Below, one piece after another: positions 7,459 to 17,254 of a stretch of 42,253 nt of DNA (within the stretch, counting starts at the first letter, position 1; every line of letters begins with the position of its first letter). The position numbers and the translations under genes are program-made. Under the pieces are notes generated by a model. The model had not been told where the DNA came from and did no database searches. It saw only the letters and a program-made list of their open reading frames with translations. The stretch is taken from the sequence record SRR31156797_479; one strand, 5' to 3'.

Positions 7459-9540
7459 CTATTGAGCTGCTGCAGCAACCAGGGCTTCATCATGTGGAAC
7501 CCGCGGGCGCTGCATCAGGTATAGTAGCCCATATAGTGCCAAACCGATCAAGTAAGTCCAGTATCGTTGATCATGTGCCATCCCCAACCATTTAGCAATC
7601 TGATCTGGACGCATGAGGATAAAGGTCACACAAAGAAAAAGAGGGATCTCCCAATACCTGTTTTTGGCAATAAACCAGCCTTGCGTTGCCGAGGCAAAGG
7701 CAAAGTTACCAATACAGGTCATGACAAAAATCAAAATACCTTGACTCCATGAAAACACATTATGCAGGATCAGGTCAGTGTTGAAAATAAACATGAAGGG
7801 AAGAATGGCGGTCCTGATGTCATACATAAACCCCTGTATCCCGGTTTGGATCGGTGGAGACTTGGCAATGGCAGCCGCAGCATAGGCGGCAAGGCCAACC
7901 GGAGGGGTGTCGTCAGCAAGGATACCGAAATAAAAGCAAAATAAATGAGCAGCCATCAGAGGGACAATAAAGCCCTGCATGCCGCCTACACTGACAATTG
8001 CCGGGGCAGTGAGCGATGCCATAACAATATATGTCGCTGTGGTGGGCAGTCCCATACCTATGATCAAACTGGCAAAGGCAGTAATACAAAGCATCAGCAC
8101 CACATTACCCATGGAAAGTACATCAATAATTTCGGTAATGAGATTACCAAGGCCAAGGGCAACAACACCGACAATAATACCAGCAGCAGCAGTAGCAAGA
8201 GCGACGGCAACCATATTTCGGGCACCAGAGGCAAGCGCTTCAAGGATGTTTAGTATTGATTGTTTGAATGCCGGGAGAATTGGCGTTTTATCTTTATAGG
8301 CTATAATCGGTTCCTGAAGCAGCATGATAACAAACATAACCATAATGGCATTGAAAGCCGCAAGTTCTGGAGAGTGCCTGACAACAATCAATTCATACAG
8401 TAGCATCGCGAGCGGAATCAGATAATGCAACCCGCTGACCAGCGTTTTAAAGAAGGGAGGAAGTTCACTTTTAGGCATCCCGCGAATACCAAGTTTAGAG
8501 GCCTCAATGTGGGAAATAAAAAAGAGTGCTGCGTAAGAGGCAAAAGCAGGGACAGCTGCAGCTTTGACAACTTCGATATACGGGACATTCACGTACTCGG
8601 CGATGATAAATGCCGCTGCCCCCATAATGGGCGGTGCCAATTGACCATCGGTGGACGCTGCCACTTCGACTGCAGCTGCTTTTGTTGCAGGATAGCCGAC
8701 CTTTTTCATCATTGGAATGGTAAATGTCCCGGTGGTAACAATATTGGCTATGGATGACCCAGACACTAAACCGGTTAAACCAGAGCCCATAATTGCCGCT
8801 TTAGCTGGACCGCCTTTGAACCGACCGAGCAAACTGAGGGCAAGCTGGATAAAATAATGCCCTGCACCAGCCTTATCGAGCATTGCCCCGAACAAGACAA
8901 ACAGAAATACAATGGTCGCCGACACATCAAGAGGAATACCGTATATCCCTTCGGTGGACATAGTCATTTGGCCGACAAAACGGTCCAGGGATGTCCCTTT
9001 GAAGGCAATCAGGTCTGGCATGTAAGGGCCAAGAAAAGAGTAGATAATAAAGCATGTAGCAATAACTGGCAGGGCAGGGCCAATGGTCCGCCGTGCGGCC
9101 TCTAGCAAGACACCGACAAGGGCAAGACCGATGAGTATATCCATGGTGGATGGCGAACCATAGCGGGTCACCAATTCTTCATAATGGATCATCAAGTAAA
9201 GCGCACAATAACCAGCAAAAAGGGCCAGTGCCATATCCAGTAGTGGAATTTTTTTATGCTCAGCAAAATATTTGAGCCCGAAATAGGGCTTCTTTAGAAG
9301 AGGGTAATTGAGAAAAACCAACGTAATGGCAAAGCCAAGGTGAATTGCGCGAATATAAGTGGAATCAATTAACAACCATTTAGGAAGGGCAAGCTGAAAC
9401 AGACTCCAGGCTATGGCTATAGTTGGTATGAGGTATTTTTGCCAACCATCGGGTTTGCGACCTATACCTTCTTCTTCGTCAGCCAATCGTTGGGCTTCTT
9501 CAAACCCATCTTCAACTTTTTCGATACGGATTTTGCTCAT
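7459..9540 (-). CDS. TRAP transporter fused 4TM/12TM membrane subunit (TAXI type)
   Basis: GIYGIPL, GGPAKAA, SGSSIANIVTTGTFTIP, ASTDGQLAPPIMGAAAF, GMGLPTTATY and DDTPPV motifs; AGGAGG RBS 6 nt before ATG at 9540. Confidence 0.93.
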   Translation of the reverse strand: MSKIRIEKVEDGFEEAQRLADEEEGIGRKPDGWQKYLIPTIAIAWSLFQLALPKWLLIDSTYIRAIHLGFAITLVFLNYPLLKKPYFGLKYFAEHKKIPLLDMALALFAGYCALYLMIHYEELVTRYGSPSTMDILIGLALVGVLLEAARRTIGPALPVIATCFIIYSFLGPYMPDLIAFKGTSLDRFVGQMTMSTEGIYGIPLDVSATIVFLFVLFGAMLDKAGAGHYFIQLALSLLGRFKGGPAKAAIMGSGLTGLVSGSSIANIVTTGTFTIPMMKKVGYPATKAAAVEVAASTDGQLAPPIMGAAAFIIAEYVNVPYIEVVKAAAVPAFASYAALFFISHIEASKLGIRGMPKSELPPFFKTLVSGLHYLIPLAMLLYELIVVRHSPELAAFNAIMVMFVIMLLQEPIIAYKDKTPILPAFKQSILNILEALASGARNMVAVALATAAAGIIVGVVALGLGNLITEIIDVLSMGNVVLMLCITAFASLIIGMGLPTTATYIVMASLTAPAIVSVGGMQGFIVPLMAAHLFCFYFGILADDTPPVGLAAYAAAAIAKSPPIQTGIQGFMYDIRTAILPFMFIFNTDLILHNVFSWSQGILIFVMTCIGNFAFASATQGWFIAKNRYWEIPLFLCVTFILMRPDQIAKWLGMAHDQRYWTYLIGLALYGLLYLMQRPRVPHDEALVAAAAQ

Positions 9541-9599
9541 CAACTACCTCCTGTTGGTAGGGCGTATAACAGTAAAAAACGAAAACATTTCTGCCGGAT

Positions 9600-9651
9600 A
9601 CCAGGAAAAAACCAATCCGGAAGAGACCAGGAAAAAACCAATCCGGAAGAG
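9600..9651. repeat. Perfect 26-bp tandem duplication ACCAGGAAAAAACCAATCCGGAAGAG x2
   Basis: Copies at 9600-9625 and 9626-9651 in the intergenic spacer. Confidence 0.9.
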
Positions 9652-9727
9652 AGCAGCCGGATGATCCGGAATAATGCAGGTAAACAGGGGGAATGGAAAC
9701 TAGCTGGACCAGCTGGATCCAGCCGGG

Positions 9728-9762
9728 AAAAAACCGGGCAACAGCATTTTGCTGGTGCCCGG
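9728..9762 (-). terminator. Terminator-like hairpin between the TAXI binding protein gene and the membrane subunit gene
   Basis: Minus strand reads CCGGGCA-C-CAGCA-AAA-TGCTG-T-TGCCCGG followed by TTTTTT. Confidence 0.65.
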
Positions 9763-9784
9763 AGTACAACATGCTGCCTTGATT

Positions 9785-10756
9785 TTATTTCATCAAACCT
9801 GCTTCTTTGTAATATTTCATTGCGCCTGGGTGGATAGGTGCTGAAAGTCCATCAAGCATTGCTTCCTTAGTCAGAGTGGAGTAAGCAGGATGCAATTTTT
9901 TGAATTCCTCAAAATTATCAAAGACTTCTTTAGTAATTGCATACACAACTTCATCAGCTACTTTAGCAGAAGTAACCAAGGTGGCCTTTACGCCAAAAGT
10001 AGGAACATCTGCATCATTCTGGGCACCGGGATACATGGCGATTGGAATAACAGACTTGGCATAATAGGGGAATTTTTTAAGCAGGTCATCAATTCCGGTA
10101 ATAGAGACAAAACGTACCTTCCGTGCACCAGAGGTAGCTTCTTTAAAGGCTCCACTTGGATGACCTACAGTATAAAAGAAAGCATCAATGCGTCCGTCTT
10201 GTAATATTCCTGGGGCCTCAGAAGCTTTTATGCCTTCAGCGGTGATGTCTTTTTCAGGATCGATACCAACTGCAGTAAATGCATCAATGGCATTCTGACG
10301 TTGACCTGAACCAGGATTACCTAAATTAACTCGTTTCCCTTTGAGATCTTTAATGTCGTTTGCTCCAGCATCAACTGCTGCAGCAAGGGTAACGGATTCG
10401 GGATGAATGGAAAAAACAGCGCGTAAGTCTTTCTGGGGCCCTTTGTCCTTCCACTCAGCAAGACCTTCCATAGCCTGATACTGACGATCAGACTGGACAA
10501 CTCCGAACTCAAGGTCACCATTCATGACAGCATTGACATTAAATACAGAACCGCCGGTAGATTCAACAGTTGCCCGGAGACCGTATTCTTTCTTCTTTTT
10601 ATTAACCATTTTAGCAATAGCGCCACCTGTGGGGTAGTAAACGCCTGTTATGCCGCCGGTGCCGATGGTGACAAACTGGGTTTTTGCCTGCGCTAAAATA
10701 ACAGTCATAAATACACCTGCTGCTACGGCAATTGATAGAACCAGTCCTTTTTTCAT
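9785..10756 (-). CDS. TAXI family TRAP transporter solute-binding subunit
   Basis: Signal peptide; IGTGGITGVYYPTGGAI, STGGSVFN, GNPGSG and PIHPGAMKYY motifs; GGAGG RBS. Confidence 0.95.
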   Translation of the reverse strand: MKKGLVLSIAVAAGVFMTVILAQAKTQFVTIGTGGITGVYYPTGGAIAKMVNKKKKEYGLRATVESTGGSVFNVNAVMNGDLEFGVVQSDRQYQAMEGLAEWKDKGPQKDLRAVFSIHPESVTLAAAVDAGANDIKDLKGKRVNLGNPGSGQRQNAIDAFTAVGIDPEKDITAEGIKASEAPGILQDGRIDAFFYTVGHPSGAFKEATSGARKVRFVSITGIDDLLKKFPYYAKSVIPIAMYPGAQNDADVPTFGVKATLVTSAKVADEVVYAITKEVFDNFEEFKKLHPAYSTLTKEAMLDGLSAPIHPGAMKYYKEAGLMK

Positions 10757-11016
10757 TCATACCTCCATTGAATTATTCGTGGTAGATACCGTCTAACGAT
10801 GTTGCAACCAACCATTTTTATATAGAATTCTCAGTTGGTTTACAAGCTATTCTTAAAATTTTGTGGCTTTTTGTAACCCTGCGAAAAAAGGAGGGGAATT
10901 TCTTGATTTTTTTGAACATAACCAGTATTCCGGAGGATAGAAACAGGTGATTCATAGCCAGAATGCTTGTCACCTTTACGATTCATTCTTTCCTCATTTG
11001 TTTTTAATTGAATAAC

Positions 11017-11307
11017 ATGAAAGAAAAAGTAGAAAAACAAAACGTTACAGAGACTAAAAGAGCAAAAAAAGAGCCGCCGAAAAAGAAGAAATATTATGAC
11101 ATTGCCTTTTATCATGACTGGTGTAAGGCATGTGGCATCTGTATTGCGTTTTGCCCAAAAAAGATCATTACTCCAGACAAAACGGGTAAACCGGTTATTG
11201 AAGAGCCTGATAAGTGTATAGGTTGCCGTTTTTGCGAAATACACTGCCCTGATTTTGCCATTACAGTCTCTGATCGACGCCTTAAAAGGAGGAAAGACGA
11301 TGTTTAA
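11017..11307 (+). CDS. korD: 2-oxoacid:ferredoxin oxidoreductase delta subunit (2x[4Fe-4S])
   Basis: CKACGIC..FCP and CIGCRFCEIHCPDFAI; first gene of the operon. Exact start uncertain (TTG at 11008 or ATG at 11017). Confidence 0.85.
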   Translation: MKEKVEKQNVTETKRAKKEPPKKKKYYDIAFYHDWCKACGICIAFCPKKIITPDKTGKPVIEEPDKCIGCRFCEIHCPDFAITVSDRRLKRRKDDV

Positions 11308-12439
11308 CCAAGAAAACAAACGACTTCTGCTCCAGGGTAATGAGGCTATCGCCTACGGTGCCCTTGCAGCAGGCTGTCGTTTTTTTGCTGGCTACCCTAT
11401 TACTCCGGCAACTGAAATTTCTGAAATGCTTGCAGCCATGCTACCCCAGGTTGGGGGTACATTTGTGCAGATGGAGGATGAAATCGCAAGTATGGGGGCT
11501 ATCATAGGCGCCTCGCTTGCGGGAGAAAAAACCATGACAGCTACCTCTGGTCCCGGTTTTTCTCTTATGCAGGAAAATCTTGGCTATGCTTGTATCGCTG
11601 AGGTCCCCTGCGTGGTCGTTAATGTTATGCGCGGTGGTCCTTCAACTGGGCTTCCGACCTGTCCATCCCAAGGGGATGTACAAATGGCCAGGTGGGGTAC
11701 CCATGGAGATCACCCCATCATCGTGTTGGCTGTTTCCTCTGTGAGTGACTCCTTTTCCATCACCATCAAGGCTTTTAATCTTTCCGAACAATATCGGGTA
11801 CCGGTAGTGCTGCTTTCAGACGAAGTAGTTGCCCATACAAGGGAATGTGTCCAACTGCCTGACCAGAAAACTATCAGGGTTGTAGATCGTATCCGACCAA
11901 GTGTTCCACCCGACTGGTACAAACCTTACGAAGGCGACAACAGGGGAGTTCCCCATATGGCTGCATTTGGTGATGGTTATCGTCACCATGTGACCGGACT
12001 TGTTCATGATGAATATGGTTTCCCGACCCAAAAGCCTAACGAAGTGCAGCAGTTTCAAAACCGACTCACCAAGAAAATCACGCGTGGTTTCTCTGAAATA
12101 ATGATCACCAAGGGATTCATGCTGGAAGATGCGGAGGTTGCGGTTATCGCTTATGGCTCTGTTGCAAGGTCGGCACTCAAGGCCGTTGAAGATGCCCGCA
12201 AACAAGGTGTAAAAGTTGGCCTGTTACAGCTTGTTACCCTCTTCCCGTTCCCTCGGAGTCATGTCTCTCCATTGTTGGAACAATGCCGTGCCGTATTGGT
12301 ACCGGAAATGAACACTGGACAAATCAGCCGTGAGGTACAGCGCGTAAATCAAAATAAATGTGTTGTTGCCAAACATAACCGGATCGATGGACAGTTCATC
12401 ACTCCTAATGAAATTTACGCACAGCTGATCAAGCTTTAA
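11300..12439 (+). CDS. korA: 2-oxoacid (probably 2-oxoglutarate):ferredoxin oxidoreductase alpha subunit
   Basis: QGNEAIA, FAGYPITPATEI, QMEDEIAS, TATSGPGFSLMQE and RGGPSTGLPT motifs; AGGAGG RBS before ATG at 11300. Confidence 0.9.
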   Translation: MFNQENKRLLLQGNEAIAYGALAAGCRFFAGYPITPATEISEMLAAMLPQVGGTFVQMEDEIASMGAIIGASLAGEKTMTATSGPGFSLMQENLGYACIAEVPCVVVNVMRGGPSTGLPTCPSQGDVQMARWGTHGDHPIIVLAVSSVSDSFSITIKAFNLSEQYRVPVVLLSDEVVAHTRECVQLPDQKTIRVVDRIRPSVPPDWYKPYEGDNRGVPHMAAFGDGYRHHVTGLVHDEYGFPTQKPNEVQQFQNRLTKKITRGFSEIMITKGFMLEDAEVAVIAYGSVARSALKAVEDARKQGVKVGLLQLVTLFPFPRSHVSPLLEQCRAVLVPEMNTGQISREVQRVNQNKCVVAKHNRIDGQFITPNEIYAQLIKL

Positions 12440-12451
12440 GGAGACCTTACT

Positions 12452-13294
12452 ATGGCAGTTACTGCACAGGCGATACGACACGAGTATTTACGCCACAATA
12501 AGAAATTTCCCCATGTTTGGTGCCCTGGCTGCGGCAATGGCATTGTCATGGCTGCATTACTTAGAGCCATCTACAGAATGGAGATCAGCAAGGATGATGT
12601 TGTTCTCGCCTCTGGAATTGGCTGTTCCGGACGCATGCCGACCTATTTAGATTTCAACACCCTGCACACCACCCACGGCAGGGCTCTGACTTTTGCCACC
12701 GGTGTAAAACTCGCCAATCCGGCGTTAAACGTGGTTGCCATTATGGGTGACGGCGATGCTACCGCAATTGGCGGCAATCATTTCATCCATGCTGCCCGCC
12801 GAAACCTCAACCTGACCGCCATTATTATTAATAACTCCATTTATGGTATGACAGGTGGTCAATATTCTCCGACAACACCCTTTGGGTCAACGTCGACGAC
12901 CTCTGTATATGGTCATATCGAGCACGACTTTTCCATTGCTGAGCTCGCTGTCACAGCTGGTGCTTCATTTGTTGCCAGGGCAACGGTCTTTCACGGTGAG
13001 CTGATGGACAGACTCATTGAACAGGCCATGAAAAAAAGAGGCTTTGCGGTGGTTGAGGTTATTTCCAATTGCCATGTTCAATATGGTCGACGCAACAAAC
13101 TAGGCGGAGCAGTTGACATGCTCACCAGTTTCAAGGAAAACTCAATTACTGTAACCAAGGCTGAAAAACTATCTCCTGAAGAGCTGGAAGGCAAAACGAC
13201 CATCGGAGTCTTGACAGACCGAGAAATGCCAATTTCAACCGAAGAGTACAAAAAAGTCCGTGAGCGGGCCAGCAAAACAAAGGGTAAAATATGA
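12452..13294 (+). CDS. korB: 2-oxoacid:ferredoxin oxidoreductase beta subunit (TPP-binding)
   Basis: WCPGCG, SGIGCSGR, HTTHGRA and GDGD...N..YGMTGGQYSPTT motifs. Confidence 0.92.
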   Translation: MAVTAQAIRHEYLRHNKKFPHVWCPGCGNGIVMAALLRAIYRMEISKDDVVLASGIGCSGRMPTYLDFNTLHTTHGRALTFATGVKLANPALNVVAIMGDGDATAIGGNHFIHAARRNLNLTAIIINNSIYGMTGGQYSPTTPFGSTSTTSVYGHIEHDFSIAELAVTAGASFVARATVFHGELMDRLIEQAMKKRGFAVVEVISNCHVQYGRRNKLGGAVDMLTSFKENSITVTKAEKLSPEELEGKTTIGVLTDREMPISTEEYKKVRERASKTKGKI

Positions 13295-13893
13295 ATGCAG
13301 TCAAACCTATAATAGATAGATATGAGTTGCGTTTCAGCGGTTCCGGAGGCCAGGGCCTTATCACTGCTGCGGTGGTCTTTTCTGAGGCAGTGGGTGTTTA
13401 CGACGGCAAATACGTCTGCCAGACACAAAGTTATGGTCCAGAAGCTCGGGGAGGAAAATCAAAGGCAGAAGTTGTTGTCAGCGACAGCCCCATCGATTAT
13501 CCGAAATCGTTAAATCTTGATTTCCTATTAGCCATGAATCAAGCCGCATGCGATGCATATTTTTACGATCTTAATGCTGATGGCTTGCTTCTCGTTGACT
13601 CAACCCTTGTTGAACAGTACCCTACCAGTAGGATCATAGGTATACCTTTTACCGACATTGCAAAAAAAGAACTCGGTAAAGAAGTGGTGGCCAACATGAT
13701 CGCCCTGGGAGCCGTTGGTCAACTCTGCCAACAAGTCAATTTGGAAAACCTTGAAAAAGCCCTGCTGCAAAGGGTTCCGAAAGGGACCGAAAAGCTCAAT
13801 TCTAAAGCATTGAGACGCGGCATTGAAGAAGCACTGAAAATTGACATCATGGAACTCCCCCGTTCTGTAATCACTGACGATGATGAGGTATAA
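13291..13893 (+). CDS. korC: 2-oxoacid:ferredoxin oxidoreductase gamma subunit
   Basis: RFSGSGGQG, QSYGPEARGG and ANMIALGA motifs; ATGA overlap with korB. Confidence 0.9.
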   Translation: MNAVKPIIDRYELRFSGSGGQGLITAAVVFSEAVGVYDGKYVCQTQSYGPEARGGKSKAEVVVSDSPIDYPKSLNLDFLLAMNQAACDAYFYDLNADGLLLVDSTLVEQYPTSRIIGIPFTDIAKKELGKEVVANMIALGAVGQLCQQVNLENLEKALLQRVPKGTEKLNSKALRRGIEEALKIDIMELPRSVITDDDEV

Positions 13894-13895
13894 AA

Positions 13896-14471
13896 ATGAA
13901 AGTTGTGGCTTTTAATGGCAGTGCCCGCAAAGGCGGTAATACAGCCTTGATGATCAATACAGTTTTTGAAGAGCTGGAACAGGCAGGTATTCAAACCGAA
14001 ATGGTTCAGTTGTCTGGTGAGCATCCACACGGCTGCATAGCCTGTTACCAATGCTTTAAGAAAAAGAATAAAAAATGTATTGTCGATATTGACTGTATCA
14101 ATTCATGTATTCAAAAAATGGATGAGGCTGATGGCATTATCCTCGGTTCACCAACTTATTTTGCCGATATCAGTACAGAAATGAAAGCCCTTATCGATAG
14201 AACAGGCATGACAGCAAGAGCAAACGGTGATTTGTTCAAGCGTAAAGTGGGCGCGGCTGTAGTTACACAGAGACGTGGTGGAGCAATTCACGCATTTGAT
14301 ACGATGAACCATTTTTTCACCATCGGGCAAATGATCATTGTGGGGTCTTCGTATTGGAACATCGGAGTTGGCAGAGAAAAAGGCGAGGTTGCGGAAGACA
14401 CAGAAGGTATCACCACCATGCGCCAACTGGGAACAAACATGGCATGGGCCCTCAAAAAACTGCATGGATGA
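13896..14471 (+). CDS. Flavodoxin-family iron-sulfur flavoprotein (Isf / NADPH-dependent FMN reductase-like)
   Basis: FNGSARKGGNT, Cys cluster CIACYQC......C, and GIILGSPTYF. Confidence 0.88.
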   Translation: MKVVAFNGSARKGGNTALMINTVFEELEQAGIQTEMVQLSGEHPHGCIACYQCFKKKNKKCIVDIDCINSCIQKMDEADGIILGSPTYFADISTEMKALIDRTGMTARANGDLFKRKVGAAVVTQRRGGAIHAFDTMNHFFTIGQMIIVGSSYWNIGVGREKGEVAEDTEGITTMRQLGTNMAWALKKLHG

Positions 14472-14629
14472 TGCTCTAAGTCTGTATAATACTTTCTTTA
14501 AGTAGAAAAATATAAGAACTCAACCTGCTTCATTTGCCAGCACAGAGCAGGTTGGGTGTTCTGTTATTGTTCAAAACAAAGAACAGTCTCCCAAGTAATT
14601 TAACTTTTTTATATGCGGAGCGAGATAGA

Positions 14630-14806
14630 ATGCTTGCGATTTGCGAAGAATGTGCCAAAAAGTACAACATTGACGAATCTAAAATGAAAAGTGATCGTGC
14701 TAGGTTCACTTGCTATGAATGCGGACACATAATCGTTGTCGCAAAATCACCAACAAAAAACAATGAAGAGCAAACCACTGTGGAACCATTTCCCAAAGAT
14801 ATGTAA
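14630..14806 (+). CDS. Small zinc-ribbon protein (MJ0042-type finger)
   Basis: CEEC..KYNIDESK....ARFTCYECGH; 58 aa from ATG at 14630. Confidence 0.78.
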   Translation: MLAICEECAKKYNIDESKMKSDRARFTCYECGHIIVVAKSPTKNNEEQTTVEPFPKDM

Positions 14807-15164
14807 AATATAGAGAACCTTTTACACCCGCTGCAGGACAAGCCGCACAATGTGTAAAATTGAGTGCAATTCAATTTTACCTAATTAACTGAGACTTATA
14901 CTCTTTCACAAGACCCGTGGAGATAACCGAAAACAGTAAAAAATACTCTCAATAATAGAACACGAGATATAATCTGTTATTTTTTGACGACATACCTTGA
15001 ATTTATTCCATAAAAAAGATTTATTAGAGAATGGTGGCGCAACTGATTGCTCGCACTTGACTAAAATCCTTGATAAATGGCAGATATTCACCTTGTGGAC
15101 TTCTATAATTGGACATTCCATGTTTTTGCCAGGTCCTCTAACTTCATATGGCTTGATGTAAAAC

Positions 15165-16172
15165 ATGCTGCTTCCCAAAGAAAAACCTTTTCTTGAAGGG
15201 TTAAACAGTTATTACCTTGACCTGGCAAAACTGACCGAACACCTCCAAGGTGAAATAGGTTCAGGTTGCATTCATGGGAATGCGGTCTCTCAGGAAATCC
15301 TGATTTATTTTGACGAAAACGAAATCATTCGCTGTTTACTACAGGTTAACAACAGCAAGGCGCAATCATTTCAGGACCTCACCGTTGTTGGTGAGATTTC
15401 CCGGCAGAACAGTTTTATTATCAACATCTATTATCTTGACCCTAATGCCATTTTCTTCTGGGGGCATATGCAGCCTTTTCAACGGGCAAAATCAGCGTTG
15501 AAATCAACAGAAATCCCTCTGCCTGATTTAATATTTCGACTTCGTCAAAAGAATTTTTCCGGATTTATAGACGTACAGATTATAAACAAATCTGACAGCG
15601 GCCTGCTTTTTTTCCATGAAGGTGAAAGAATCGGCGGTTCCTACTCCTGGGCAAAAGGCGGGATGAGCAAATCCGATGAAAATTATAATATTCTGTTGAG
15701 CAGAGTGCAGGCAGGGGAGGGGAGTTTCACTTTTGGATCATATATCAAGGAAACCGCCTCAACAGAAGTAAAACAGAGCCCTTCCAGATCTATGGCTCCA
15801 AAAGCAGAGCCACATGTGGTTAATCCGGTCTCCTCGGAACTGCGGCCGGCACTGGAAGAATTGCTCTTCTTTTTCATTCAAACTATGCAGGAGAAGGGGG
15901 AACAAAACCCTGTGATGGTTCTGAATGAATACATTCAATCCCAACTCAACACCTATCCCTACCTTGACCCCTTTATGGGCTATTTTGAATACAGCAGGGG
16001 CACTGTAAAGTTTTCAGCCGATGCGCCCAAAGAAAAAATAGTGCGCGCAATTATTGTCTGTGTATGGGCACTTGTTCGCGCTTACCATGCAGAAAATAAT
16101 TTCAAAACAAAGCTTTCGAGCATGCGCAATAAAAGTGTGCTTGAATCCCGCAATATACCCGTTGAGCTGTAA
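15165..16172 (+). CDS. Hypothetical protein with two DUF4388/PATAN-like repeats
   Basis: Two units of the pattern L..L...L....xSG.I........lxF..G (approx. aa 15-95 and 115-190). Confidence 0.6.
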   Translation: MLLPKEKPFLEGLNSYYLDLAKLTEHLQGEIGSGCIHGNAVSQEILIYFDENEIIRCLLQVNNSKAQSFQDLTVVGEISRQNSFIINIYYLDPNAIFFWGHMQPFQRAKSALKSTEIPLPDLIFRLRQKNFSGFIDVQIINKSDSGLLFFHEGERIGGSYSWAKGGMSKSDENYNILLSRVQAGEGSFTFGSYIKETASTEVKQSPSRSMAPKAEPHVVNPVSSELRPALEELLFFFIQTMQEKGEQNPVMVLNEYIQSQLNTYPYLDPFMGYFEYSRGTVKFSADAPKEKIVRAIIVCVWALVRAYHAENNFKTKLSSMRNKSVLESRNIPVEL

Positions 16173-16179
16173 CAGCCGC

Positions 16180-17250
16180 CTAAAGGGTGGTGCATCTGTT
16201 TTCATCCCATCCTTTACCGGCCAATTGACCACAAGCCGCTGAAATATCATCACCACGGCTCTGGCGAATAAAAACTGTAAAATCATGTTCCCGCAATATT
16301 GACTGAAAGCGAAGGATCCGCTCACGGCTGACCTTTATTGCATTTTTTTCGTCTCCACTGTTAATTGCCAGCAGGTTTATTTTACACGGAATTTCCATAA
16401 GCAGTCTTGCCAATTTATGAGCATCTGCATCCGTATCGTTCACCCCTGGGACCAGGGTGTACTCAAACATGATACGTTGCCGTTTTTTCTGCGGATATTT
16501 ACTGCATGCCTCAATCAACGCTGCAATTGGGTATTTTTTATTGACAGGCATGACCGAACTTCTGGTCTCGTCATCAACGGCGTGGAGAGATATTGCCAGA
16601 TTCACATTGGTAGCATGGCCAAGCTCCAGCATCTGTGGAATAAGTCCACAGGTAGAAATGGTTATCCGCCTTTCTGAAAAATCCAGTCCCCTCTGCTCTG
16701 TCAAAATCGAAATTGAATCCAGCAAGTTATCGAAGTTTGCAAGCGGTTCTCCCATTCCCATAAAGACCAGGTTGGACAAACTTCCCCTGTCATTGTGTAT
16801 TATCCAGTCACGAACAGCGCATACCTGGTTAATAATTTCAGCAGTGGTCAGGTTTCTGAAAAATCCCATTTTCCCTGTCAGGCAAAAGGTACAGCCCATG
16901 GCACACCCCACCTGTGTTGAGACACAGAGGGTATTCCTGTCTTCTTCTGGGATCAGGACAGATTCAATAACGTAACCATCCTCTAACTGAAATCCAAACT
17001 TGACCGATCCGTCACGGGAAACTTCAATTACGGCCTTGTCAAATCTACTCATTCTAGCAGACTGTTCAAGGACCACTCGAAATTTCTTTGCTAAATCAGT
17101 CATCTGTTCAAACTCTGTTATGCCGGATTTATAAATCCATGCAAGCAGCTGACGTCCGCGAAATGCGGGTTGCTCAAGTGATTCAACAAAGGTGACCAGT
17201 TGTTCCTGTGTCAGATTTTTCAGATCTGTCTTTTCTTGATGTGCAGGCAT
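16180..17250 (-). CDS. rlmN: 23S rRNA (adenine(2503)-C2)/tRNA A37 methyltransferase RlmN
   Basis: TLCVSTQVGCAMGCTFC, MGMGEPL, LAISLHA and RGDDISAACGQL motifs. Confidence 0.96.
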   Translation of the reverse strand: MPAHQEKTDLKNLTQEQLVTFVESLEQPAFRGRQLLAWIYKSGITEFEQMTDLAKKFRVVLEQSARMSRFDKAVIEVSRDGSVKFGFQLEDGYVIESVLIPEEDRNTLCVSTQVGCAMGCTFCLTGKMGFFRNLTTAEIINQVCAVRDWIIHNDRGSLSNLVFMGMGEPLANFDNLLDSISILTEQRGLDFSERRITISTCGLIPQMLELGHATNVNLAISLHAVDDETRSSVMPVNKKYPIAALIEACSKYPQKKRQRIMFEYTLVPGVNDTDADAHKLARLLMEIPCKINLLAINSGDEKNAIKVSRERILRFQSILREHDFTVFIRQSRGDDISAACGQLAGKGWDENRCTTL

Positions 17251-17254
17251 GTTT

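Noticed and set aside
9413-9837. ORFs crossing the TRAP spacer, and a possible CRISPR reading of the repeats
   Set aside because: Low-complexity translations of the repeat. Only two abutting copies with no spacers and no cas genes.
10840-11319. 159-aa minus-strand ORF
   Set aside because: Antisense shadow of the ferredoxin-like korD gene.
15035-15051. Sigma54-like TGGCGC...TTGC upstream of the 15165 gene
   Set aside because: GG-to-GC spacing is 11 nt rather than the required 10.
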